NCBI RefSeq assembly: GCF_001194135.2
Contig: NC_068992.1
Location: 19,977,345 to 20,010,644, forward strand
Origin: Octopus bimaculoides
Taxonomy: Eukaryota
DNA: 33,300 nt
Direction of reading: 5' to 3'
Positions 1 through 12,260 of this stretch are shown one piece after another. The notes beneath the pieces are model-generated. The model was not told where the DNA came from. It was given only the letters and a program-made list of their open reading frames with translations, and did no database searches. Made by a program: the position numbers and the translations under genes. The number at the start of each line of letters is the position of its first letter. Position 1 is the first letter of the stretch.

Positions 1-44
<44 letters not shown>

Positions 45-1673
45 TAATGGAAATACATTTGTGAATGTGTATGAGTATGAATGTCTACAAGCATGTATCA
101 AATATGTAAAATTACAAACATAATCATTCTACCCCTTTCTCAGCATTCCTAATATGTTCATTTGATTATGTAATTGTGATGATATCAGACTGCAAATGAT
201 CAAGTGTACAAGTGTATTGAATATTATGTTAATCAAGTTAATTGAGTGAATCAATATATTTCCACCATTGCCCTGTATAGTAATCTAATGGAGTCAAAAC
301 AACAGTTGAATTTACTTTCATTGTAACCTGCCAACAAGAGCATGTTTTCCAAGTAATATAAGCCTGCTTTATATTCCATGAGTTTTCAATTAGATACTAT
401 TGTATAGATTATTAGATACAATCTAACGAGGAAGTGGGATTGTGATAAACTTTTGACTTTTACACATTCTTATGTTTTATTCTAAACTTATCCAGTCGTT
501 AATACAAGTGCTGAAATTTGTTTAATATGATGGTTCCCAATGTATTATTGGATTTCCAATTATTGCGCCATTTTAAACAAGTCTAAAGTAGGACCCTGCC
601 TGCTTCTATTACAATAAAGCCAATTTATTCAATATTGGTTGACAAAACGTTTAAATTCAAGATGTTTAAATTCTGCTAGAAGTGCCTCTCACCAGAACTA
701 TATTTATCTAGAACGTACGTTTTGCTTAGAATTAGTTTAAACTCCCAACTGCCATAAATAATCTTATACTACTAACTTTATCACAACAACTAACCTAAGA
801 GGACTGCTTGAAGATTATACAAGAAAGAAGAGCGAGAAAAATGTGAGACATGAAACGCGGCATTGTCAACCTCCGTCACCATGCGTATAAATTTTACTTA
901 AGTGTTAATAAAGATAATTAATAAAGAATACGCGTTTCTTATTTGCTCGACGCATGCAATTGATACACAGATATGTTTCAGTCGCAATTAAAGAATTGAA
1001 ATTGTTTCAATCCCGTTCTCTAATAATTTAATCACTGTTAATTCAGCTTGCAAAATTAAATCCTTATTTATATTGAACGCATAGCTTATGTACACTTGAG
1101 ATGCATGTATATAGGATATCCATGTGTATAGAAAAGTTATGCACATGGTATTCGAGGTTTTCACAATTACATCGCCAACCATCTATGTTGTAGCATATTC
1201 AGCGGAAAACTATAGAAACACTGTAGTTAACTACCCAGTGCTTGAAGAATGGGACAAAATATGGAATCGGATAATGTTACTGAGTTCACTTTGCAAATAC
1301 TTGTTTTGGGTTTCAATTCTAATGGGCAGTTTCATGAGAAGCTGTTTTCTACTATAATTAAACTATGGTAAACGGATAGCATGCTGGAGGACTTGGTCAT
1401 AAGCATGTTAAATATTCTTAGTCACTCGTAAGGGCATTTAGCGAACTCCTCTCTCTTGCAAGTGTCCGTACCACATTACCCATTTGAGTTTAAAATCCTC
1501 TCTTTCTTGACTCGGTGTTGAAAATTTTGAAGCAGTTTATGGGACCACCCCTACCTTAGTCCACTGATTAATTGAAAACGAACGAAGGAGGAAGTTTTGG
1601 TGTACGTCACTGGTATTTAATGAACACTAATTGTTTCATGATTTAAATCTGAATTTTCGGTTTATGTATTCAG

Positions 1674-1731
1674 ACGGACAACGGAGAGCAAGAATATGTA
1701 GTTATTACTGTATTCCACACTGATGCCTCAG
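1674..1731 (+). CDS. Candidate internal coding exon (TDNGEQEYVVITVFHTDAS+G), product unknown
   Basis: Acceptor ttttcggtttatgtattcag|, donor CAG|gtactt, 58 nt, phase 0 to 1. Only this frame is stop-free. No family recognised. Confidence 0.45.
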
Positions 1732-2307
1732 GTACTTCTAATATCACTAATCATATAAAACCGTTCATATATTGTTTAACGTTAATTTTATTTTCCCCTT
1801 TTGTTTCTTCTCATCAATGCAATATCACATTCTGATATAAAAATAAACAAAACAAACTTTACAAAAAATGAATTGTAAATACATATAAGAGGAAAAAAAA
1901 ATACTGCTGATAATTCCGATATTTGCTAAGGTGTCTTTGTCTCTCTCCGAAGACTAAAACAACAGCGTATAAATTGAGTGAATTTTAACTGCAAAGTAAA
2001 GTCAAACAGAACAAGACAGAGAGGGAAAACAAGTGTGTTTAAATAAAACTATACAAACACATCAACGCCATCTGTTGTAGACTTTCACTGCTCTAATAAC
2101 TGACCATACACATTCACTTAGAATAATATAAAGTCTTTCTGTCTGCCTCTCTCTCTTTATAAATATGCATGTACGGGAGAAAAAGTGAGAAAGTAAGCGG
2201 ACGAAAGAGAGTGGTCGTGTTTGTGTGTGTAACTATGCGTGTATCAGTCAACATTGTTTTCATGAGTGTGCAATACTTTTCTGCTCATATTCCTACACCA
2301 ATATATA

Positions 2308-2353
2308 TGTGTGTGTGTGTGGGGGGGGGTGATTATGTGTGTGTGTGTGTGAT

Positions 2354-2387
<34 letters not shown>

Positions 2388-2390
2388 CAT
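2308..2390. repeat. Compound (TG)n/(G)n/(TA)n microsatellite
   Basis: Read directly from the sequence. Confidence 0.95.
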
Positions 2391-2939
2391 GCATATATAA
2401 ATTCATACATATGTACGCAGACACAGACAAATACACGCACGCACACTCTAACAGACGTTTTAACATTGACACTCAGGTACATACACATTCGCACATATAT
2501 ACATTCCCATTTACATACCTACTTATATGCAGACTTGAATCATGAGTGTTACTGATAGTGTGTGTGTACATTTGTGTCATGGTGTTTGCGTGTTTAAGTA
2601 AGTAATTTTGTGTACATATTGAAACATACGGAAAACAACAAGTATATGTGAATAAACATTTAACCCACTCGAAAGTTAATAGATTAAAAAACATAAATTG
2701 TACTCATAACGTTATGATAAAACGACCTTGTGTATATTGGAAGTTTTTAGGAATGGGACAAAATGCAAGAAACGGCGCCAAAATTACTCAAAGTTAAAAG
2801 CATAACCTTACATGAAAATATCATGCGTATCAAAGAGGTTAACAAGTTACTAAAACACTCTCCTGCAATACGAAAAGTAGTGGTACAGAATATGCACTCA
2901 CATGCGCTTATATCTGGTTCCTTAAAAGTGACAGTAAAT

Positions 2940-3004
2940 ATTGGTTTGAAATTTTGGTACAAGGCCAGTCATTCCGGGGAGGAATAAGTCGATTGCATCG
3001 ACTC
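2940..3004 (-). mobile_element. 3' fragment of SINE family A (variant tail)
   Basis: aagtcgattgcatcgactc matches aagtcgattatatcgacccc in the 25335-25566 copy and the reverse complement of ggggtcgatgtaattgactt in the 28268 copy. The flank resembles the tail at 28640-28685. Confidence 0.55.
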
Positions 3005-3192
3005 TCATTCGAAATCAAGTCTTAGCATGTTTCTCGAGTGATCACTTACCGTAACCATTTCAGAGTTCTTTAAATACTAAACATGTCTACGTGAACATAC
3101 AGGTCATTAAAAAGCATGGGATCTATTGTCTAAGTTAGGAATCTTCTTGTTAGAAAACATCGGGCTAACGAACAAGATTACACTATGAATGT

Positions 3193-3460
3193 GAGCGTGC
3201 TTAGACTAGTGGTTAGGATGTTGCCTACTCGGTGGCTAGTTCGTGGATTCGATTCGCGGACCGGGCGTTGCGTTGGATTGTGGTTTTGAACAACACACTG
3301 CATCTCACGCTTCCCTGCCATATGACACGTGGCACACCACGCACTTGTTCAGGGGACATCAATTAGATCGAAAGAGTGAACTGCTGTGCATCTCACACAT
3401 TGGATCGCTATAAACTAATCATGTGCAGATTGCTCAGCAAGGAATTGTGGAGCCGTCTTT
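3193..3460 (+). mobile_element. tRNA-derived SINE, family C (diverged; 3' end approximate)
   Basis: A-box-like tagactagtgg (3202-3212) and B-box-like ggattcgattcg (3245-3256) at tRNA spacing, followed by a non-tRNA body. No CCA end or intact cloverleaf. Only one copy in the window. Confidence 0.6.
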
Positions 3461-4167
3461 CTCAGACCGAGACACTACCAGCTTCGTAAACCTGTTTTAT
3501 ACGCTAATTAAAACAATATCATTTATATATTCATTTGGTGCACTTCGGAAAATCACGGAAGAGAATAAACTTTGCTGACAAGTTTAGATTAAATCAAAAC
3601 ATCTACACAAGCTAAATCTCGTAATTACTACTAAAATATGAGAGTATAAGTTACCGATGAATTATTTTTACACTACACATAACTTCTCAGAGTTGGATTT
3701 TAATGCTATCTGCTTTAAAAAAAAACTACCTTAACTAATACACTGCATGCAGATATTATATTTCTTTACACAATATGACATTAGAATCTCGGCAGTCAAT
3801 CCCCATTATAAAGTTAACTGACAGTTTTAGTGGTTTGTCGCATTCTCCTCGAGGCTGGTTCTGATATGTTAAAAACAAATTTTAATGACAGACAACACAT
3901 TTTCACAGTCATCTGATTCAAAAATTCAGCTCACACTGTGGGATATTTCAATAATTGCAGAATACCAGAACATTAAGTAAACGCAGAAACCAGAGATAGA
4001 ACATTTCCTGTACATACATTATATGCATGCGTAGATTAATGCATTCCATCACATACACAAATATGCATGAATAAAGGCATTTATATATATATATATTTAC
4101 ATATGTATGTATAAATATATATTTATGCATTATGTGTGTGTGTGTGTGTGCGTGTGTGTGTTTGTAT

Positions 4168-4232
4168 GAGTTCAAATTCCACCGTGTAAGTGTTAGCCTT
4201 TCATCATTCCGGGGTTGACGAAATAAGTACCA
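4168..4232 (+). mobile_element. Internal fragment of SINE family A
   Basis: gagttcaaattccaccg...gcctttcatcattccggggttgacgaaataagtacca aligns to about 28340-28415. Confidence 0.75.
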
Positions 4233-4503
4233 TACATGTGTGTGCGCGTGCGGGTGTACTGACAGGTCAATTGCGTCCTCTTCATTAGTGCGCTCTGACA
4301 TTTTTGCGTCTTTTATGCATAATATAAGCTACTCGTCTAAAGAAAATTGTCGCTTGCAATTAGGATCTGAAAGCATCTATTAATATTTTTATTTCTTACT
4401 TCGATGCTAAACTGTCGTTGCAAGTCATTTCCCTTCTGTGTCGGCATTGATACCCCATTTTTCAAACTATCGCTAAATTTCGAAACACAGATTTATTCTA
4501 TTT

Positions 4504-4546
4504 TTGATAACATTATCTTGATAACATTATTTTAATAACATTATCT
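4504..4546. repeat. 14-bp tandem repeat x3 (ttgataacattatc)
   Basis: Units at 4504-4517, 4518-4531 and 4532-4545; one substitution each in units 2 and 3. Confidence 0.9.
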
Positions 4547-5092
4547 AAAAGAGTACTGCCAAAGCTTAAACTATTGTTATTCTTCATTGTAAGATGACTT
4601 AAAAATGTTACCACAAGCCTATGCTTATGTGTGACACATGTTTAGCAAATGTATGTAATATACAAATCAGGCTTTTCAAACTGAGACCAGGCGACGACTA
4701 CCAACTGTCATCGTTACATCCCAAGCGAAATAGTTGATTCCCGGAGTGCTTCAAAATCTGAGGACTGCCACATTCCGAACTAGAAAATATCTTAATTTCT
4801 TTACCATAACTGAATAAGGAAAAGAACATGAGATATCGCATCTAGAACGACAGGAAATAGAAAAGGTTATTTTTTTTATTTAGGGGTCTCAGTCGTAAGA
4901 TTGATAGGGAATCGTCTTGATGAGCATTAATCGATGAAAATTTGATGCAAAGTTCAATAGTTTGTGCCAAACCGGTATCCTACTGTCAGCGCATCTTCAA
5001 GGATATCGAGCAGATACCACCAGAAAGACTTACACATAAACACACTTACACGCATATATACATACATATATACATGCATTCTTATACATATA

Positions 5093-5524
5093 CGCATAGG
5101 CATTGCTGTGTGGTAAGAAACTTGCTTCCTAAGCACATGTTTCCGGCTTCAGTCCCACATGCTGACATCTGAGGAGAGTATCTTCCGACCAAAGACTTGT
5201 GAGTGAACTTGGTAGACAGTAACTGGAAGAAGCCTGTCGAATATATCTGTGTATGAGCGCGCGTGCGTATGTGTAAGTGTGTTTACGCGTGTGTGTGTAT
5301 GCATGCGCGCATGCGTTCGTGTGTATTTTTCTGCTTGCCTCCCAGCACTGCTTGACAACCGGTGTTGGCGTCTGTATGTCCCTGTAACCTAGCTGTTCGA
5401 GACAAAGACTGCGAGAATACCAGGCTGAACAAAATGGATTACTGAGGACCATTCATCCGAGAGAAAATTCTTCAAAGCGGTGACGCAGCAAGACCGGAGA
5501 CTAATGGCTAAAGGAAGTAAAAAG
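5093..5524 (+). mobile_element. Near full-length diverged SINE family B
   Basis: Head gctgtgtggtaag...ttcagtccca, core ttgtgagtg...ggtagac, internal TG/CG microsatellite, mid domain gcttgacaaccggtgttgg, and a tail ending gtaaaaag; colinear with 28919-29349. Confidence 0.85.
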
Positions 5525-5528
5525 TAAC

Positions 5529-5545
5529 TATATATATATAGAGAG

Positions 5546-5620
<75 letters not shown>

Positions 5621-5631
5621 CAGACAGACAC
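5529..5631. repeat. (TA)n/(GA)n/(GATA)n/(GACA)n microsatellite
   Basis: Read directly from the sequence. Confidence 0.95.
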
Positions 5632-7320
5632 AAAATTCCAAGGTTTACGGGTATCGCAAAAGTCCTGCTTGTAGGACCAACATTCTGCGTTCTTTTACAG
5701 GACTTAGAAACACTGAAGGAGTGCTGCAGCGTGTGTGTGAATATGAGAGGGAAATATGTTGAATAGAATCATAATTAACTCATTCTCATGTATTTTCTTG
5801 TACCCACAGTCAGGAACACTTCAGCATCCCCTCACACACACACATACACACCCATGCACAGACATAAATACACATTAAAAATATATTTGCAACCGTGTGT
5901 CTGTATGCTTATTTGTACACATGTGTAGTTACAAATTCATATTTATGTATCCATATATACAGTTTTACATATATCCTTAAATATATAGAAAGACATAATT
6001 TTTCCTGAATATTGGAAATACTGTTGAATTATTCCAATTATAAACTATGGAAATAAAGTTTATTTTGCAATATTTATTTCCCTAAAATTTTTGAAAGGAA
6101 GTTAACTAATTTTTATATTCCTGAACTAACAACACCCCATGGAGTCAAGATATTTTATGCATAATTTTTACTTGCGCCTAATTAGAGCTTTATGATGTTA
6201 AATTAAGATGGATTGTTACATATTGGGTACGAGTGATTGAACACATCTCGTTATATGAAATATATTGAACCAGATTTGACTCAGACGATTAGTTATGTTC
6301 ATTGTTCAATATGTGAGCACTGCAACACATCCATATAGACTCCTTAAGCTACGAATTGTTGATTTCTCTGCTTGTTAACTAAGGCATCTATCAGTACTAC
6401 ACTGTTCTATTGTCTTAAACGGATTGTACTTAACTACCGACATCGTTGAAAGTTTGCTTCATTGAGCTAACGAGATGTCAGTGATACGGAGCTGAAGACA
6501 ATATAATGCATCTTGTTTTATTGACAAAATATGAAACCTCAATGCTTATATTTCGATGAAGTCATAGTATGAGCAGTCTACAAGTAAAACTTTGTAGGAG
6601 ATACATCAAAGAAGTTCATTTCAATTTAATATCATTGAAGATTTGTCATTTCTTTTTTATATATTTACATATCATTCTAAGGAGATTTAACGAAATCTAA
6701 GTCATAGTTAGAAAGCCGCATAACTCTTGAGATATTTTCAACATAAATTGATTTGCATCTTTATTCTTATTTTAAAAAAAAAATGTCTTTTGTTCTTCAT
6801 ACCTGCAAGAAATCGTAACCTACATTCTGAAATAGAATCTCATCATAAAATCGATAATTTATTTCAGTTATCTATATATTTACTTTCGTCTCTTCCTATA
6901 TAATATGCTTGTTGGGAATCAGGTATTCAAATGCAATATATCGTAAGTGTCGAAATGTTTACAATGATGCTTAGAAATTGACGAAACCTCCCGAGAAATA
7001 AATTTTATTTTTAGTTTATCATGAATTTGCAATTAGTTTAGTTATCGTAGGGTTGAAACGAAATGTCTTACGAGTTTATAAATACCATATATGTTTGATT
7101 TTGTCTGTGCTAGTTGCAATATTGTGTCTGGAATAAGTATAATTTGCTTATATCTTTTGATTCAAGTAACAGAAGAATGATATTATGAGATATTAATTCG
7201 ACGGCTCGGAATTACTAAAAGGAAATAATTACGTTTCTTGTTAGATTTTTATTATCGCATCATTACTTGAGAAAAAATACGAGTATGGAGACTATACATG
7301 GAATGGACACCCTTCGTTTT

Positions 7321-7950
7321 TATCTTATGCTTGTTTCAACAACTAGACGACAGCCTAGCAGGGGCACCGCCATCAAAGATTCAGTCGAATATATTACTTT
7401 TGAATCCTGGCATTCCTTCTGCAAGTTTTCTTTTTCTTTCTTTTTTTTTCTTGGCAGAAGCACTAAATTACGGGAAGGTAAACAACAAACTAACATTGGT
7501 TATTAAGTGGTGGTGAGGGACATAAACACAAAGTAGTACCTCCACATAGATATATACATATATTCCTACATGTGTATATACAGACATGGTTACATGTGTA
7601 TATATATANNNNNNNNNNNNNNNNNNNNNNNNNNNNNNNNNNNNNNNNNNNNNNNNNNNNNNNNNNNNNNNNNNNNNNNNNNNNNTATATACTCCTTTGT
7701 GTTTTTGTGTCCCTCACCACCGCTTACTAACCAATGTTAATTTCTTTACCTACCTGTAATTTAGTGGTTCTGCCCACCCCCAAATTGAAAACCGGCAGAA
7801 GATGGGCTTCTTTCCGATTCCGCTCCCTATACCCACCCACAAGCCTTTGATTGGTCCACATACAGTATAAGACATTTGCCATAGATGTTTCACAGTCCCA
7901 CTGAACTGAGACCCATGTTGTTGGGAAGCAAAATTGTTACGACGCCTGCG
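7321..7950 (-). mobile_element. SINE family B copy, rearranged (tail and mid 7321-7533, microsatellite plus gap, inverted mid domain 7695-7774, head 7800-7950)
   Basis: The reverse complement aligns piecewise to 28919-29349. Confidence 0.8.
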
Positions 7951-8935
7951 ATTATAAATATATATTCTTGAGACGTTACGAGTTTTCTTTAGTAGCCGTA
8001 CTGTAGAAGTGTGTTGTAAGGGCTTCTTCGCGTGTTTTTAAATAAAGGAGCAACATTATGAACGAGAAGAATATATTGGATTATTAATGAGGTTTATTCA
8101 AATTAATTTCAGGGCTTAATCTACTTCTAGCAACATATTAATTTCTCATTAGAGCTAATATAAAAACCCTTTAACTATTTTTCTCTGCATTGACTATTTG
8201 GCATAGAATTCCCCATTCAGTCTCCTTTCTTATCATTCCTACTTTATAATACACCAATATATATTACATGAAATGTCATCTTCCTTCAGAATTAAATAAA
8301 CTATATTTCTTGTTGTCCTTATGACTGTTCCTGTGTTTGTTCTTTTTCATGTCGTGTTGGATGCTATCCATATCAAAATATTGCATACGTAGAACAACTG
8401 TATCCTTTATGTTCACCCCTTTTGAAGACGGTAATATGTCAATTAAAAAAGAATCGTCTATTACTTTCGAGAAGATTCCTCCAATACTTAGATGACCCAA
8501 GTTTGCTGGAACTTGTTCAAGTCAGACGTACTGATATTTTATTAAGCACTAACTTTTTATATTCTAAAAGAACAATGTCATCTTATTCTTAAAGAAATTA
8601 AATATAATGCGCTATTTTTAACAACATGAATGATTTAGATTAAATTCATGCACAGAATAGTAGCTAAAGAAATGCCTTGCAGGAATTAACATAATATCAT
8701 TGACTTAAAATGCAACAAAACATATTCGGAATATATATTCTTGGATTATGCAATTTTTTTTTTTTTTGAGAAAATCACAGGGTAGATGTGGTAGAGTGTA
8801 TGCAAATCAGAAGTGGTAGAGAGTATCAAATCAGCCTTGTTCGAGTAGAGCAAAGATAAAAACATTTTAAAAAACAATTGTTGCCAGGGTTAATTCTATC
8901 GAACTAATAATTTCTTTCATTTGCAATGCGGGCAT

Positions 8936-9085
8936 CGTCATCATCATCATCTTCATCATCATCAACTTGTTACTGTTGTTGTTGTTCTTCTTCTTATTAT
9001 TATTTTTCTTCTTCTTCTTCTTCTTCTACTTCTTCTTCTTCTTCTGCTTCTTCTTCTTCTTCTTCTTCTTCTTCTTCTTCTTCTT

Positions 9086-9142
<57 letters not shown>
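8936..9142. repeat. Compound trinucleotide array (TCA)n-(TGT)n-(TTC)n-(TAT)n-(TTC)n-(TAC)n
   Basis: Read directly; it is the source of the poly-L/S/T/Y/F ORFs. Confidence 0.97.
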
Positions 9143-9143
<1 letters not shown>

Positions 9144-9569
9144 ACCTACTTGTTCTTCTACTTCGTCTCCTCTTCCTCCATCTCTTGCTCATTCCCTTCC
9201 TCTTTCTACCCCCTTTACATTTTTCCACATTTTTCTGTGACTCTTTTCGCCTACCTCTTCTATCTCAGTTTCTATTCTATAAGTTTGTCACTGTCACCTC
9301 CTCAGTATATCAATCATTTAATAAGGTTTACATGTATGACGCATAGTTTCTGGAGAGTGAAAATAACAACGATAGAAATACCTTGTTAGTGCTCGGGACA
9401 GAGACATACGTATGGTGAAAAGGAATTAGAATCCTAGCACATGCTTTGAATTCTATCTATATTTGTCCATTTTTCCATGAAAATATCACAAACGGATTAA
9501 CGTTGTTCATCTGATTTATTTTGGAGTATTTTGCTATGGAAAAAAAAATGGATACAAACACACATTCAC

Positions 9570-9999
9570 ACACAAACACATATATATGTATGTATATACC
9601 TATATATATATATAAAATATATATAATATAATATAACGTATATACATACATGCATACATACATACACACATACATACATACATACATATATATNNNNNNN
9701 NNNNNNNNNNNNNNNNNNNNNNNNNNNNNNNNNNNNNNNNNNNNNNNNNNNNNNNNNNNNNNNNNNNNNNNNNNNNNNNNNNNNNNNNNNNNNNNNNNNN
9801 NNNNNNNNNNNNNNNNNNNNNNNNNNNNNNNNNNNNNNNNNNNNNNNNNNNNNNNNNNNNNNNNNNNNNNNNNNNNNNNNNNNNNNNNNNNNNNNNNNNN
9901 NNNNNNNNNNNNNNNNNNNNNNNNNNNNNNNNNNNNNNNNNNNNNNNNNNNNNNNNNNNNNNNNNNNNNNNNNNNNNNNNNNNNNNNNNNNNNNNNNNN

Positions 10000-10031
<32 letters not shown>

Positions 10032-10063
10032 CTACACACATATATATATATATATATATATAT
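9570..10063. repeat. (CA)/(TA)/(TACA) microsatellites flanking assembly gap 9694-9999
   Basis: Read directly from the sequence. Confidence 0.9.
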
Positions 10064-10481
10064 GGATGGATGGCATTGTAAGTATTAGAATTATAGGAAG
10101 TTGAATTGTGTTTCTGCAATATACAATCCATTTTGAATGGCAGTTTCAATGCAATGAAGTCAAATAGATGACATATCTACAACGGATAATAGACACACGG
10201 GCGCTTGCAGGTGTTGGGATCTTACATCATCTTTTCAGCTTGATCACACTGATTCTTTCTCTCTTTGTTTCTTTCTCTTTCCTTCTATCCGTCTCTCATA
10301 TGCTTACACCAACTCAAGTGCACATATTCGTATATGTTTGTGTGTGTGTGTGTTTATATAAAATGTAGGACCTTTCACTCGTAAGCCTTGGGCGTATTTG
10401 AAACTTGTAAATGACACAATGCTGCTAATGTCAGAGAGCAGCAGTTTTGTTACCAGAAATAAACCCCTTTTTGAGCCTTTG

Positions 10482-10483
<2 letters not shown>

Positions 10484-10531
<48 letters not shown>

Positions 10532-10700
10532 NNNNNNNNNNNNNNNNNNNNNNNNNNNNNNNNNNNNNNNNNNNNNNNNNNNNNNNNNNNNNNNNNNNNN
10601 NNNNNNNNNNNNNNNNNNNNNNNNNNNNNNNNNNNNNNNNNNNNNNNNNNNNNNNNNNNNNNNNNNNNNNNNNNNNNNNNNNNNNNNNNNNNNNNNNNNN
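10484..10700. repeat. (CT)n microsatellite running into assembly gap 10532-10700
   Basis: Read directly from the sequence. Confidence 0.9.
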
Positions 10701-10805
10701 CTTAACCTTCATGGCTAAAATAATCTTAATGTCGGAAGTTACTTTTCTCTCCTGTCTTTATACCATGGTAACATAACCGCCTAGTTTCGCCCACAGTGTT
10801 TGTAT

Positions 10806-11058
10806 TCACATATAGCTATTATAGGAAAATATTACTCAACGTACAGTTGAAGTGATGTTCCTTAGGTTATATATGTCTCTCAGCAATGGAATATCACACT
10901 GCTCTCGTATACGCTCGTACATACAAGCTCTCACGCTTAGTGAATACTCACATACACATTTAATCACACAGACACAAACACACAAACTCACACACATATA
11001 TACGCGCACTCAAACACATTGACTTACGGAAGGACCTCCACGAAAGCAGTTTTATATT
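10806..11058 (+). repeat. 253-bp direct repeat, copy 1 (likely donor)
   Basis: Matches 12347-12599 at 252/253 by manual comparison (caagctCtcacg vs caagctAtcacg). Confidence 0.95.
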
Positions 11059-12260
11059 CGCAAACCATGGCGAAAATATATGTTTGTCTGTGTTGGTTTC
11101 AATGTGGCTTGTGCCAGTGTGTTATGGATTTTTACCAATGTAATATATTTTTACTTTTTACCGCTTCATTATTTCGTTGGTGTTGTTTTCTACAGTGTCT
11201 CTATCAAATATTTATCATTATTCTGACACTATTATGCTGGCGAGTATCCTGTTAATTCTTCTATTGTTTCTGCACTTTATTCCCCCTGTATCACTTGCTT
11301 TTATACAACGCTTTTAATTGTAATCTTCATTCAACATGATTATCAATGGATTGTCAGAATAGATTCTTTTCAACTAAGATTCTGTTCATCTTCAATTCAT
11401 TGTTCGAATTCTGAAAAAAAAAAGAGAATAAATAAATAAATATACAAAAAAAATACAAAAGAGAGGAAAATGATAAAATCACAAACAAACTACAAGAAAA
11501 AAGCAGCATAAAATACTATATATTAATGTCCGTATTATATTTCTAAAGAATATTCATTAAATTATGGAAAAGAAAATAATTACTACGTCAGATATTCTAA
11601 GAGTGTTCTAAACAACATCATTTATCTTTTATTTACTTTGTCTATTATGAATATGGTGGCAGCAGCGGCGGCGGCGCTGATACAGAGACGGTAAATTGCC
11701 TGACCAAATGCATCGCAATATTACTTTTCAAATCACTTGACACTCAATTCAAATCGCATGAAAACCGAATTTCCTTCTGTAACTCTTCTGGACAGTTTAC
11801 ACAAATACTAGTATACAATAAGTAATCGGTTTGGTGGATTGAACTGTAACTTCTGAATAACAAAATCTAAATGTGTCCTCTAGATGCGTCCGTAATCTCA
11901 CACTAACGCTTGCCCGCGGGCGTACGCAAAGTTACACTACTAACACATGCATGCGTGAACGTGTGTGTTACTATGTATGTATGTGTGTGGTTGTGTGGGT
12001 GTTATGTGTTTCCCAAGCATCCCTGCATACAAGACTTGCACGCATTGCTAGTGTTGTATCCTGGCAACACTTCATGATTCTAGACGGCAACATACACCTT
12101 AATCGGGGCGTTTCAACGATTTACATGAACCTGCAACATGTATCTAGCCGTCATTTTAAAGACCACATTAGTGATATCTTTGCAGACAGAACGACCTAGG
12201 TGCTTAAAAAAATAATCGTTAGAAGTATAGGACTGCTTATGAGATTTTAGGTGCCTAGTT

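Noticed and set aside
988-1560. Short protein-like ORFs on both strands (likewise 8276-8500, 18077-18286, 26377-26739 and 27671-27940)
   Set aside because: No recognisable motifs, frequent stops and no paired strong splice sites; they could be decayed transposon sequence, but this cannot be supported without a search.
4915-4980. Other hammerhead-like words (ttgatgag..., aaaccggta; also ctgatga at about 14663 and 23370)
   Set aside because: No correctly placed stem II plus GAAA plus stem I.
8921-9389. Overlapping poly-L/S/T/Y/F ORFs
   Set aside because: Direct translation of the trinucleotide microsatellite.
11028-11068. Minus-strand gccATGG start plus CC|gtaagt donor (MVCEYKTAFVEVL)
   Set aside because: Short, and its phase-2 end hits stops in both downstream microexon candidates; not distinguishable from chance.
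11060-11260. KIYYIG word on the minus strand suggesting a GIY-YIG nuclease; Cys-rich plus-strand ORF
   Set aside because: Multiple stops and no supporting motifs; compositional coincidence is likely.
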